Source: Pseudanabaena phage Pan1 | Sequence record: ON968452.1 | Length of the DNA: 40,000 nt | Direction: 5' to 3' (one strand) | Shown here: one piece after another, positions 17,415 through 26,805 of the stretch | Position numbering within the stretch: position 1 is the stretch's first letter | How the letters are laid out: each line of letters opens with the position of its first letter | The notes under the pieces: model-generated | Database searches by the model: none | Seen by the model: only the letters and a program-made list of their open reading frames with translations | Told to the model about the DNA's origin: nothing | Translations under genes and position numbers: made by a program

Positions 17415-17838
17415 CACCCACCTGGAATTCCTCGCGCGGCAGGCTGTCTTCGCGCGTGGCGCCTTCGGGCCCGGTGAACGCCGCAACGGCGTCCCCGCGC
17501 ATATCCGCAAGGAGCTGGACGAGATCGCTGCGTGCGAGACGGCTGAGGAACGCGCAACCGAGTGGGTGGACGTCGTTCTGCTCGCTCAGGACGGCCTGCT
17601 GCGTTCCGTGCGCGAAGCACTGCGCGAGCAGTTGGTCGAGCACAAGGACAAACCGATGGTTTTCATTGGGACCAAGTGCGTCGCGCGGTTCGGTGAACCG
17701 ACTACCGACTATGTCGCGATGTTCGCCCTCGAGCTCCTGACCGGGAAGCGAGACAAGAACGAACTGCGCGACTGGCCGAACTGGCGCGAAGCGTCGGAAG
17801 ACAACCCCATCGAGCATGTGAAGGGCACCCATGACTGA
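17407..17838 (+). CDS. DUF550-like dATP/dGTP pyrophosphohydrolase
   Basis: HLEFLARQAVFARGAFGPGERRNGVPAHIRKELDEI ... TEWVDVVLLAQDGLLR: MazG-like all-alpha signature. Confidence 0.7.
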   Translation: MSNTHLEFLARQAVFARGAFGPGERRNGVPAHIRKELDEIAACETAEERATEWVDVVLLAQDGLLRSVREALREQLVEHKDKPMVFIGTKCVARFGEPTTDYVAMFALELLTGKRDKNELRDWPNWREASEDNPIEHVKGTHD

Positions 17839-18457
17839 CATCACCACTCTCGTCTTCGACACGGAGACCAACGGCAAGCGCCCGAAAGGGCGCAACGTGC
17901 CGCTCGCCGATGAACCCGCGCTCGTCCAGATCGCGGCCATCCTGTACTGGGGGCGTCGCCCTGTCGCGCACCTGTCCTGCTTCATGCAGCCCCTCGATGG
18001 TCAGTGCAATCCTGCGCAGATCCCGACCGAGGAGTTCTTCATCAAGTCGGGCATCACCCAGGAGACCGTCGACCGCGTCGGCACCGTCTACAAGGTGGGC
18101 CTCGGGATGTTCAACAACCTGGTGAAGCGCGCTGACCGCATCGTTGCGCACAACATCGAGTTCGATGATCCGATCATCCGCGCCGCCTACAACCGGGTCG
18201 CTGCGTCGCAGCAAGATTTCTGGGATAAACCCAAGTTCTGCACTATGCGCACCCTGGAGCCCGTGCTAAAGTTGCCGGGCAAGTTTGGCTTCAAGTACCC
18301 GTCCCTCGACGAGTCCTACCGCGCGCTGGTCGACCCCATGGGTTTCTCAGGCGCTCATGACGCGATGGTGGACGTGGAGGCCTGTGCCAAGGTCTTGTGG
18401 GCAATCGAGGACAAGGGGATCGACCTTTATCGGTATCCCGAGTCCTGGCCGAAGTAA
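17831..18457 (+). CDS. DnaQ-like DEDDh 3'-5' exonuclease
   Basis: LVFDTETNG, IVAHNIEFDDPI, GAHDAMVDVEACAKVL. Confidence 0.8.
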   Translation: MTDITTLVFDTETNGKRPKGRNVPLADEPALVQIAAILYWGRRPVAHLSCFMQPLDGQCNPAQIPTEEFFIKSGITQETVDRVGTVYKVGLGMFNNLVKRADRIVAHNIEFDDPIIRAAYNRVAASQQDFWDKPKFCTMRTLEPVLKLPGKFGFKYPSLDESYRALVDPMGFSGAHDAMVDVEACAKVLWAIEDKGIDLYRYPESWPK

Positions 18458-18468
18458 CGGAGAGCGAG

Positions 18469-19452
18469 ATGCGGGAATACTTTGAACTGGTCAAGCCGGC
18501 GTGTGACTTCGCCGGCGTTGTGCATGAGGACGCGACGATCTCGGTCCTCAATGGGCGCATGGAGGCGCAGAACGGCTCGCTGCAGGTGTCGCAGCCGGTC
18601 GTTGGGATCGAGGACTTTGCGGCGCCTGCTGCAGATATCGACTACAACCTGCGCAAGGTTGGCGAGTGCACCGTCAGTGTTGGCGAGCAATTCGTGATCA
18701 TGAAGTCGAAACTCGGGACGACGCGCACGAAGCGAGTCACCAACCGTCTGGCGAACTTCACCAAGCCCGACATCGAGACGCACCCCATCGACGACCTCGA
18801 CGACCTCATGGGAGCCATCGACGACGTCTTCCCGTTCACCGTGGGCGATCCGTCGAAGCCGTGGTCGCAGGGGGCGCGGTTCGACGGCAAGATGATCACC
18901 GCCACCAACAGCATCATGCTGTGCCGTGCAGAGCTCGCGCAGAGCTGCGGTTTCCAGGGCGTCACCCTGTCACGGGCCGCGCTGTCCTACATGCGCCTCA
19001 GACGCGACGCTCTGACGCGCTGGGGGTTCGGTGATCGTGGCCTCCTGCTCGAGTTCAAGGACGGTGCCTGGGCGCTGTCGCCTCGTTTAAACGTCGAGAT
19101 GCCGGATCAGGCGGTGAAGCTGATCGACCAGGCAATCCCGAAGGATGCGTGGGGTCTGCTCGCTGACCTGGATCCCGCGTATCGGACCGCATTGCTGTCT
19201 GCGGTCGATCACACCGAGAGCATCCTCATGGTGTTCCCGGATCACGTCTTCGGCACCCGGCTGTCGTCGGATCACCGCTGCAACATCGAGACGAAACTCG
19301 GTGCGGGTGTCGAGAAAGCCCTGTTCACCGCGAAGGACCTGACCACGGTCGTTTCCGTCGCGAACCAGATCGGGTTCGACCACTACCCGCGTCCCGTCCC
19401 GTTCACCACGGAACGCGGTTCCAAGGGCCTGCTTGCAGGCCGTAGCGCATAA
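18469..19452 (+). CDS. Putative DnaN-like DNA sliding clamp
   Basis: ARFDGKMITATNSIMLCRAEL...VTLSRAALSYM...GLLLEFKDGAWALSP pattern, clamp-like length, and a DnaX-like gene nearby. Remote similarity only. Confidence 0.4.
   Translation: MREYFELVKPACDFAGVVHEDATISVLNGRMEAQNGSLQVSQPVVGIEDFAAPAADIDYNLRKVGECTVSVGEQFVIMKSKLGTTRTKRVTNRLANFTKPDIETHPIDDLDDLMGAIDDVFPFTVGDPSKPWSQGARFDGKMITATNSIMLCRAELAQSCGFQGVTLSRAALSYMRLRRDALTRWGFGDRGLLLEFKDGAWALSPRLNVEMPDQAVKLIDQAIPKDAWGLLADLDPAYRTALLSAVDHTESILMVFPDHVFGTRLSSDHRCNIETKLGAGVEKALFTAKDLTTVVSVANQIGFDHYPRPVPFTTERGSKGLLAGRSA
19084..19093. promoter_or_regulatory. CGTTTAAACG palindrome site 4
   Basis: In the clamp-like CDS; CGT-TTA-AAC. Confidence 0.6.
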
Positions 19453-19463
19453 GGAGCAACACG

Positions 19464-19832
19464 ATGAACCTTTTCTCTCAGATCCTGGCGAAGCTGCGCG
19501 GCAACGGTGACCGCACCGACTTCTCGGGTGCCGTCCCGGGTGCGATGGGTCGCCTCCTCGCGTCGATGGGCATCCATGAACTGGGTCCCGTCCAGCGCGG
19601 CATCCCTGGGTCCGTCCTGATGGGCAACCGCGAAGAGCTGGTCCTGATCCCTGGTGCGACGCGGCCTGCCTACACGAAGGAAGGCAAGCCCGTCCTGATC
19701 AAGACGAAGCAGGGTCGCACGATCCAGGCGACCGAGAACTTCGCCGTCACGCGCAAGCAGTGGAAGCAGATGATCAACGACCAGAAGCGCAAGGCTGAAG
19801 GTCGCTGGTACTCCGGCAAGAAGGCGGCTTGA
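19464..19832 (+). CDS. Hypothetical basic protein
   Basis: ATG after AAGGAGCAACACG; tight gene spacing. Confidence 0.55.
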   Translation: MNLFSQILAKLRGNGDRTDFSGAVPGAMGRLLASMGIHELGPVQRGIPGSVLMGNREELVLIPGATRPAYTKEGKPVLIKTKQGRTIQATENFAVTRKQWKQMINDQKRKAEGRWYSGKKAA

Positions 19833-19833
19833 C

Positions 19834-20652
19834 ATGTTCGGTCACAACGAGATCGTGGGGCAGCGCGCGTTCCCGGATGATGACCGTCTGATGGTCACGT
19901 CTATCTTCGTGACGATGCAGGGGGAGGGCCCGTACTCGGGCCTTCCCGCTGTCTTCGTGCGCCTGTCGAAGTGCAACCTGGCTTGCTCCTTCTGTGACAC
20001 CTACTTCGACCAAGGCGACTGGTTCTCGCTCGAGGAGCTGAACCGTCGTGTCGAGGACATGGTGTGGGACTCCCCGCTGTCGCAAGACGAGTATGTCCTG
20101 ATCATCACGGGCGGCGAACCGATGCTTCAGAAGGCTCTCGTCCCGTTCCTTGAGATGCAGGCAGGCAACTGGCGCGCGGTGCAGATCGAATCCAACGGCA
20201 TCGTGGTGCAGGACATTCCTGACTGGGTGACCTTGGTCGTGTCACCGAAGTGCCTCGAGAAGGACGGTCAGGCCGTGCGCTACATCAAGCCGAGCGCTCG
20301 CATGCTCGAACGCGCCGACTGCCTCAAGTTCGTGATGGAGGCCGACCAGTCGAGTCCCTACTCGGACGTCCCGCTGTGGGCGCGTGACTGGCGGCGTGAC
20401 ACTGGCAACGAGGTCTACGTCTCACCCATCAACGTCTACGCACGCGAACCTCAGAAGGCGAAGGTCGCACGCAACGCGAACTCGACGACGCTCGAGCAGC
20501 GGTCGACCATCGAGGAGGTCATCTCGTTCTGGGAACCCGGCCTGCTCAACCTCGAGTCGAACGAGGCGAACCACAAGTACACTGCGCAGTATGCCGTCCG
20601 GAACGGCTTGCGTTTCCAGGTGCAGGCGCACCTCTACGCAGGAGTTGCATGA
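19834..20652 (+). CDS. queE: 7-carboxy-7-deazaguanine synthase (radical SAM)
   Basis: IFVTMQGEGPYSGLPAVFVRLSKCNLACSFCDTYF (CxxxCxxC), IITGGEPMLQ. Confidence 0.93.
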   Translation: MFGHNEIVGQRAFPDDDRLMVTSIFVTMQGEGPYSGLPAVFVRLSKCNLACSFCDTYFDQGDWFSLEELNRRVEDMVWDSPLSQDEYVLIITGGEPMLQKALVPFLEMQAGNWRAVQIESNGIVVQDIPDWVTLVVSPKCLEKDGQAVRYIKPSARMLERADCLKFVMEADQSSPYSDVPLWARDWRRDTGNEVYVSPINVYAREPQKAKVARNANSTTLEQRSTIEEVISFWEPGLLNLESNEANHKYTAQYAVRNGLRFQVQAHLYAGVA

Positions 20653-22631
20653 TGGTGGGACTGATCAATGGGCTCTTCGACGTGGTGACCGTGGGTGCGG
20701 AAAAGCGCACCCCGGCCCAGGCGAAGAAGCACTTCGAGCAGCCGCGTGACTTCCCCGACTGGACCCCTCCCGAGTATCGTTCGATCTCGGGTCTCAAGCG
20801 GATCGGCCTCGACATCGAAGGGCACGACCCCGACCTGATGGAACTCGGGCCTGGCGCGCATCGAAAAGACGGGAAGGTGGTGGGCGTTGCCATCGCCTAC
20901 GGCGAGCGGGACGCATCCTACTACCCGACGGCTCACGAGGTCGGCCCGAACGTCGAGGACCCGGACAAGTTCTACGCGCGCCTTGCGCATGAGGCGAAGG
21001 ACTTCGAGGGTGAGATCGTCGGGGCAAACTTGCAGTATGACCTCGACTGGCTGCGTGCGCGTCACGGGATCATCTTCCCCAAGGCGAAGTTCAGGGACGT
21101 CCAGATCGCAGAGCCTCTGCTCGACGAGAACCGCCTGACCTACAAGCTGGACGCGCTCGCGAAGGACTACCTCGGGGTCACCAAGACCTACGACGAACTC
21201 CTGAGGCGTTACGGGGGTGGCTACATCGAGCAGATGCACCGCGTGCACTCAGGTGACGTCTCGCCCTACGCGTGCGACGACACGACGCTCGCCTGGCGCA
21301 TCCTCGACAAGCAGACCCCGAAGCTCGAGGCTGACTCGCTGACTGAGCTGTTCCACCTCGAGTCGGCGTTGACGCCCCTCCTGCTCGAGATGCGCTACCG
21401 CGGCGTTCGCGTTGACATCGACAAGGCGGAATCCTCTCACCGCGCGTTGAAGCAGGAGCAGGCCGACATCGAGAAGCGCATCAACGAGATGGCGCAGGCC
21501 CACGTTGACATCTGGTCGGCGGAATCCATCGCGGTCGCGTTCGACAACCTGGGAGTCGAGTACGAGAAGACCTCGACCGGGAAGGCGTCGTTCCGCAAGG
21601 AGTGGCTGAACTCGTGCAACGCCGAGGTGGCGAAGCTGATCGTCCAGGCGCGCGAGAACGACAAGATCGCCGGGACCTTCATCGACTCCTACATCCTCAA
21701 GGGTCATGTGGACGGTCGCCTTCACTGCATGTTCAACCAGCTGAAGTCGGACGACTCAGGCACGGTGTCCGGGCGCTTCTCGTCGAGCAACCCGAACCTG
21801 CAGAACATCCCGGCACGTCATCCGGTCCTGGGCCCGCTGATGCGTTCCATGTTCATCCCCGAGGAAGGGATGCTGTGGGGTTCGCTCGACTGGTCGCAGA
21901 TCGAGTACCGCCTGCTCGTTCACTACGCAGCAATCACCAAAGGCATCGACGCGTCCGAAGCCGTGCGCATGTACCGGTCGGACCCGAAAACCGACTTCCA
22001 CACCATGGCGTCGCAGATCACGGGCGTCCCGCGCAAGCAGGCGAAGAACATCAACTTCGGGGTCGTCTACGGTATGGGCGTTCCGAAGCTCGCAGGCGAC
22101 CTCGGCGTGTCCCTCGATGAGGCCCGCGCGATCATGGCGCAGTTCCAGGAGAACGCGCCCTTCATGAAGGGCATGCTCGACCGGTGCTCGAACGCGGCCG
22201 CGAACCGTGGTTTCATCCGCACCATCCTGGGCCGCAAGCGTCGGTTCGACGTGTGGGAGGTCAAGGTCCGTGGCAAGGCGGAACCTGACTTCATCCAGGA
22301 GGCCGAACTCGAGGCCTTCATCGCAGGCAAGAACCTCGCGTCGCGTCCGCGTCGTGCCTTCACCCACAAGGCGCTCAACGCGCTCCTGCAAGGCTCTGCT
22401 GCTGACCTGATGAAGAAGGCCATGGTGCAGATGTGGGACTCGGGTATCTTCAACGTCCTGGTCCCGCACCTGACCGTCCATGACGAGTTCAACTCCTCGG
22501 TGCCCGACACGAAGGAAGGCCGCGAGGCGTTCGACGAGATGCGGCACATCATGGAGACCGCGCTGACGCTCGAGATCCCGATCTTGGCAGACGGGACGCT
22601 GGGCTCCTCATGGGACGAGGCGAAGGGATGA
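20649..22631 (+). CDS. Family A DNA polymerase with 3'-5' exonuclease domain
   Basis: IGLDIEG, NLQYDLDWL; motif A GSLDWSQIEYRLL; motif B RKQAKNINFGVVYGMG; motif C LTVHDEFNS. Internal ATG at 20652 is also possible. Confidence 0.93.
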   Translation: MMVGLINGLFDVVTVGAEKRTPAQAKKHFEQPRDFPDWTPPEYRSISGLKRIGLDIEGHDPDLMELGPGAHRKDGKVVGVAIAYGERDASYYPTAHEVGPNVEDPDKFYARLAHEAKDFEGEIVGANLQYDLDWLRARHGIIFPKAKFRDVQIAEPLLDENRLTYKLDALAKDYLGVTKTYDELLRRYGGGYIEQMHRVHSGDVSPYACDDTTLAWRILDKQTPKLEADSLTELFHLESALTPLLLEMRYRGVRVDIDKAESSHRALKQEQADIEKRINEMAQAHVDIWSAESIAVAFDNLGVEYEKTSTGKASFRKEWLNSCNAEVAKLIVQARENDKIAGTFIDSYILKGHVDGRLHCMFNQLKSDDSGTVSGRFSSSNPNLQNIPARHPVLGPLMRSMFIPEEGMLWGSLDWSQIEYRLLVHYAAITKGIDASEAVRMYRSDPKTDFHTMASQITGVPRKQAKNINFGVVYGMGVPKLAGDLGVSLDEARAIMAQFQENAPFMKGMLDRCSNAAANRGFIRTILGRKRRFDVWEVKVRGKAEPDFIQEAELEAFIAGKNLASRPRRAFTHKALNALLQGSAADLMKKAMVQMWDSGIFNVLVPHLTVHDEFNSSVPDTKEGREAFDEMRHIMETALTLEIPILADGTLGSSWDEAKG

Positions 22632-22864
22632 CCGACGACTTCGACGAAACCACCCTGGACGAGACGCCTCACTTCCTGTTCGAGGTGTCGGTAGGCGACG
22701 AACCGCGGGCCCGAGTATTCGGGCCCCAGGAGAAGCGCAACTGGGTTTTCTGGAAACTGTCTCAATATGCGATTGCACTCGAGGACGAGGGGATCGTATC
22801 TGTGAAACGCTACACCAACGGCGAATGGAGGCCCTGCAATGACTGGCGAAACCTTGCACACTAA
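22628..22864 (+). CDS. Hypothetical small protein
   Basis: Overlaps the polymerase stop and the clamp-loader start. Confidence 0.6.
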   Translation: MTDDFDETTLDETPHFLFEVSVGDEPRARVFGPQEKRNWVFWKLSQYAIALEDEGIVSVKRYTNGEWRPCNDWRNLAH

Positions 22865-23768
22865 GTACCGTCCCACGACGTTGGAAGACGTCGTCGGTCA
22901 GGATCACATCAAGGCCGGCCTGGCAGCCGTGCTGGCTGAAGGCAAGCAACAGGCTTTCCTGTTCGAGGGGCCCAGTGGTACCGGAAAGACCACGCTCGCC
23001 CGGATCTGCGCGAAAGCGCTGGGCGCTGTCGAGGACATCATCGAGGTCGATGCGGCGTCCAACACTGGCGTGGACGACATGCGCAACGTCTCGAGCCGCG
23101 CCTACTACGCGTCGCTCGATGGCGGCGCCAAGGCCTTCATCATCGACGAGTGCCACCGCCTGTCGAAACAGGCCTGGGAGTCGCTCCTGAAAGCCATCGA
23201 AGAGCCCCCGCCGGGCGTGTTCTGGTTCTTCTGCACGACCGAGGGCAACAAGGTCCTCCCGACGATCCGGACGCGGTGTGTGACCTACACCTTGAAGGAG
23301 GTTGCCTATCGGCCCCTGCTCAAGCTGCTTTCGCGCGTCGCAGAGGCTGAAGGCATCGACGTGCCCGAGGCTGTGCTCGACGTGGCTGCCGCAGAAGCGA
23401 ACGGCTCTCCGCGTCAGGCCCTGGTCAACCTGACGACGGTCAAGCACGCGACGACCGGTGCAGAGGCTCAGGCTGCTCTGAACCGTCTGCCCGGGTCGAA
23501 GGAGGCGGTCGATCTCGCGCGGTTGATCTGCAACAAGAACTACTCGTTCCTCGATGCGTGCGAGATGCTCAAGGCCCTGAAGGACGAGAGCCCGGAAACG
23601 ATCCGGCACACCGTGCGCGCCTACGCGACCACGATGATCCTCAACAACGCAGGCGGTGACTGGCCGCGTGGCGTCCTGCTCGCGTTCGAGAAACCTGCGG
23701 TCGAGCACAACCAGATCAGCGACATCCTCTGCCGCCTGATCACGATGGAAAAGTGGAAGCGGGCATGA
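22839..23768 (+). CDS. DnaX-like clamp loader / AAA+ ATPase
   Basis: TKYRPTTLEDVVGQDHIK, FEGPSGTGKTTLARICAKAL, IEVDAASNTGVDDMR, AFIIDECHRLSKQAWESLLKAIEEPP. Confidence 0.88.
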   Translation: MTGETLHTKYRPTTLEDVVGQDHIKAGLAAVLAEGKQQAFLFEGPSGTGKTTLARICAKALGAVEDIIEVDAASNTGVDDMRNVSSRAYYASLDGGAKAFIIDECHRLSKQAWESLLKAIEEPPPGVFWFFCTTEGNKVLPTIRTRCVTYTLKEVAYRPLLKLLSRVAEAEGIDVPEAVLDVAAAEANGSPRQALVNLTTVKHATTGAEAQAALNRLPGSKEAVDLARLICNKNYSFLDACEMLKALKDESPETIRHTVRAYATTMILNNAGGDWPRGVLLAFEKPAVEHNQISDILCRLITMEKWKRA

Positions 23769-24193
23769 GCACCTGGGACGAGCGTTTCCTCGAACTCGCG
23801 CACCACGTCGCGTCCTGGTCGAAGGACCCGAGCACCAAGGTCGGGTGCGTCCTGGTCGATGACCACCGCCGCGTCGTCGGCATGGGTTACAATGGCTTCC
23901 CGCGCGGTGTTGACGACAACCCCGCGCGCTATGACAACCGACCCATGAAGTACCTCATGGTGCAGCACGCCGAGGCGAACGCGGTTCTGAACGCTGTGGG
24001 CAAGACGGCAGGATGCACCGCCTACGTCACGCACCACCCCTGCTCGAACTGCGCGGGCCTGTTGATCCAGGCAGGGGTTCGTCGTATCGTGTCCCTGGCA
24101 CCCGAGGGTGGGATTGCCGAACGGTTCGCGGACAGCTTCGCCGCTGCGTCGCTCATGTTCGGGGAAGCAGGCATTGAAGTGGAGCTGTGGTGA
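23765..24193 (+). CDS. dCMP deaminase
   Basis: STKVGCVLVDDHRRVVGMGYNGFPRG, VQHAEANAVLNA, THHPCSNCAGLLIQAGV zinc signature. Confidence 0.93.
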   Translation: MSTWDERFLELAHHVASWSKDPSTKVGCVLVDDHRRVVGMGYNGFPRGVDDNPARYDNRPMKYLMVQHAEANAVLNAVGKTAGCTAYVTHHPCSNCAGLLIQAGVRRIVSLAPEGGIAERFADSFAAASLMFGEAGIEVELW

Positions 24194-24456
24194 TGGGCAA
24201 CAAGATCCGCATCGTCAAGAAGTACCGGGCGTGGCATCCCAAGGCAGGTATCGAGGAGGCTGATGTCGTCGAGATCGAAGGTGGTGCAGAAGGCGCTGCT
24301 CGCTTCGTGACCGCGGTCAACGCGAACCGGGATCACGAGTTCGAGATCATCGACTACGAGGTCGCCCTGATCACGAAGATGGAACGGCCCGAGATCATCA
24401 AGAACCCGACGGGCGGCGGCACGGGTAAGCTGCTCCTGCCTGGCAAAGACTTCTGA
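24193..24456 (+). CDS. Hypothetical protein
   Basis: Overlaps the deaminase stop. Confidence 0.6.
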   Translation: MGNKIRIVKKYRAWHPKAGIEEADVVEIEGGAEGAARFVTAVNANRDHEFEIIDYEVALITKMERPEIIKNPTGGGTGKLLLPGKDF

Positions 24457-24463
24457 GGTCGCT

Positions 24464-24473
24464 CGTTTAAACG
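24464..24473. promoter_or_regulatory. CGTTTAAACG palindrome site 5
   Basis: Intergenic, directly upstream of the site C promoter. Confidence 0.6.
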
Positions 24474-24474
24474 G

Positions 24475-24503
24475 TTGCACCGCGCCCTATAACTCGCTTA
24501 TAC
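24475..24503 (+). promoter_or_regulatory. Sigma70-like promoter overlapping operator-like dyad (site C)
   Basis: TTGCAC (24475-24480), 17 bp, TTATAC (24498-24503); exact ATAACTCGCTTAT at 24489-24501. Confidence 0.6.
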
Positions 24504-24545
24504 ACGAGGCACGGGCGCGGTGCCCGCATCAACGGAGACACGACC

Positions 24546-25136
24546 ATGACCAAGAAGTTCAAGACCCGCGAAGCATGGCTGAACGAGTTCACCCGTCGCG
24601 CTCGGCCAGTGTTCAAGGCCAAGGGCTACACCATCCCGGACAACGTGCGCGTCTCGGTTGGGTTCACCTCGAAGGGCGCGAAGACGAACCGCATCGGTGA
24701 GTGCTGGTCGTCGAAGTCGTCGGAAGACGGCGCGTTCGAGATCTTCATCACCCCGGCCATCGGTGACGCGTCGCGCATCGCGGACATCCACACCCACGAA
24801 CTCATCCATGCGACCGTCGGCCTCGAGGCTGGGCACAAGAAGCCCTTCGTCGACTGCATGAAGGCGGTCGGTCTGATCGGCAAGCCCACGGCGACCATCG
24901 CGGGCCCCGAGTGGCACGCCTGGGCGGACAAGATCCTGGAATCCCTCGGTCCGCTGCCTCACGCGGCTCTCAAGGCTGGCGGGAACGGTGTGAAGAAGCA
25001 GTCGACTCGCATGATCAAGTGCCAGTGCCAGGACTGCGGTTTCGTCATGCGCACGTCGTCGCAGTGGATCGAGAACGCCTGCGGCGACCTGCGGTGCCCG
25101 GACCCGATCTGCGGCGGCAGCATGGACATCGGGTAA
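24546..25136 (+). CDS. SprT/Spartan-like zinc metalloprotease with C-terminal zinc ribbon
   Basis: IADIHTHELIHATVGLEAGHKKPF (HExxH) plus CQCQDCGF...CPDPICGG. Confidence 0.6.
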   Translation: MTKKFKTREAWLNEFTRRARPVFKAKGYTIPDNVRVSVGFTSKGAKTNRIGECWSSKSSEDGAFEIFITPAIGDASRIADIHTHELIHATVGLEAGHKKPFVDCMKAVGLIGKPTATIAGPEWHAWADKILESLGPLPHAALKAGGNGVKKQSTRMIKCQCQDCGFVMRTSSQWIENACGDLRCPDPICGGSMDIG

Positions 25137-25207
25137 GAACCTCGAACTTCGGTTGCCTGCTGCAGGGCAGGCAACCAATATCATCGTGCAACGCAACGGA
25201 GCAAACC

Positions 25208-25705
25208 ATGTCTGACGACTCCTTCGACTTCAAGGCCTTCCTCGACAAGGCCTCAAACCCCGACAACGAGACGGCCCGCGGCCTGCTGCAGGAAGCCGTT
25301 GGTGAGCGAATGGACACGGTCATCGGCGAAGTGTCGCCGCGGCTGTGGTGCATCCTGATCCGGGAGATGCAGAAGGATCCCCACAACAATATCCACCTGA
25401 ACGCGGTTCTGAACTCGGCCCTGTTCGCCGTGCTGTCGTGGGTCGCGGCCTGCACGCCTCGCGGGCAGACGAATGGGCGCGACAACGACGAGGTCCTGGT
25501 CGAGAAGATCACCGCCAACTTGAAGTCGGCCCTCGAGAACGGACGCCGCCCGGAGAACGCGCAGCAGATGGCGCAGCTGGGCGCGAACGTCGGAGCCTTG
25601 AAACTCGCCCAGGATGTGTCGCAGGAGCTGGGCAAGGTGATCATGTCGAACTCGATGATCATCCAGGGGATCCACAAGACGATCCTCGACCTGCGCAAAG
25701 AGTAA
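25208..25705 (+). CDS. Hypothetical protein
   Basis: ATG after CAACGGAGCAAACC. Confidence 0.6.
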   Translation: MSDDSFDFKAFLDKASNPDNETARGLLQEAVGERMDTVIGEVSPRLWCILIREMQKDPHNNIHLNAVLNSALFAVLSWVAACTPRGQTNGRDNDEVLVEKITANLKSALENGRRPENAQQMAQLGANVGALKLAQDVSQELGKVIMSNSMIIQGIHKTILDLRKE

Positions 25706-25742
25706 CCCAACCGCGGCGCTGCCGCATCAACGGAGGACCACT

Positions 25743-26447
25743 ATGGCTGACATCACTTCTGCTTGCTACTCGTATCCTGACGGAAGCCGCAACGAGCACC
25801 GCATCGCCTTGGCACTCGACTGGCTCGACAAGTATGGTATTCCGCGGGAGGGGCAGTTCTTTGTCCCGCTCGGCAAGAGCGGTGACGACTACACCGCTCG
25901 CATCGTTCCCGGTGCAGAGGTCGCTTCTCGCGCGGGCAAGCACATGTGGTGGGGCGGCGGTGAGTTGTTCGAGCCGGCCTACCACATCATGAGCAACGGT
26001 CGCATCGAGTCAGCCTTGAGCAACCGGATCGAACTGCCCTTCGGCGACTACGACGCGATCCTCGAGGACGGTGTTGTCTACATGCAGGCGCTTCCGGCGC
26101 CCACCGTTGAAGTGGAGCTCCCTGTCAGGCTCAGGGCCGCGGGCTTCTACTACCTGCTGACCGCTGAACTTCGTGAACTGTGCCAGCTCAAGGAAGGCGA
26201 GAAGGTCTACTTCGACAAGAAGCTTGACCGCAAGACGAGCACGTTGACCCTCACTCGTGGAAGCAAGAAGGGAAGTGGCCGTCCGACCGCCATGGTGACC
26301 AACGCAAAGCTCTTGATCAATCCGCGTGATGCGGGATGGGTGTCTCCGACCGACATCGACAAGACGCGCAAGGTGACCGTGACCCCTGGTCATGACTTCA
26401 AGGTCGTACTCGGCTTTGAACCCTTCGAGCAGCCGGTCAATGCGTGA
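25743..26447 (+). CDS. Hypothetical protein
   Basis: ATG after CATCAACGGAGGACCACT. Confidence 0.65.
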   Translation: MADITSACYSYPDGSRNEHRIALALDWLDKYGIPREGQFFVPLGKSGDDYTARIVPGAEVASRAGKHMWWGGGELFEPAYHIMSNGRIESALSNRIELPFGDYDAILEDGVVYMQALPAPTVEVELPVRLRAAGFYYLLTAELRELCQLKEGEKVYFDKKLDRKTSTLTLTRGSKKGSGRPTAMVTNAKLLINPRDAGWVSPTDIDKTRKVTVTPGHDFKVVLGFEPFEQPVNA

Positions 26448-26802
26448 CGCGTTCGCACTCGGGTTGCTGATCGGGCTGGCCTTGTGCCAGCCCGTGTCCG
26501 CGCGGGATCCGTTCCCGACGCAACCCGCGCCGAAGGTCTGGCCTCCCGAACTCATGCCCGACCTGCAGCGGCCTGAGTGCGTTCGCTACCTGAACCGCTT
26601 CCAACCGACAACGAGCAACGAGGTCGTGGTCGACACGCCTTGGGGTCTCGTCACTTTCCGCTTCACACGAGGCGACGGCTCGGCACCCGACACGCTCGAC
26701 GTCTGGGACGTGCCCGCGGGCATCGTGCCCGACAAGTGGTCGACGACGCTCGAGGAGAACGAGACCGACCTCTTCTGCTTCAAACCCTACGAAGGACTCT
26801 GA
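26440..26802 (+). CDS. Hypothetical exported protein
   Basis: MRDAFALGLLIGLALCQPVSARD looks like a signal peptide. Confidence 0.55.
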   Translation: MRDAFALGLLIGLALCQPVSARDPFPTQPAPKVWPPELMPDLQRPECVRYLNRFQPTTSNEVVVDTPWGLVTFRFTRGDGSAPDTLDVWDVPAGIVPDKWSTTLEENETDLFCFKPYEGL

Positions 26803-26805
26803 ACC

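Noticed and set aside
14899-17510. Long minus-strand ORFs opposite dpdA and the RecD/Dda-like helicase
   Set aside because: Mirror images of genes with clear catalytic motifs on the + strand.
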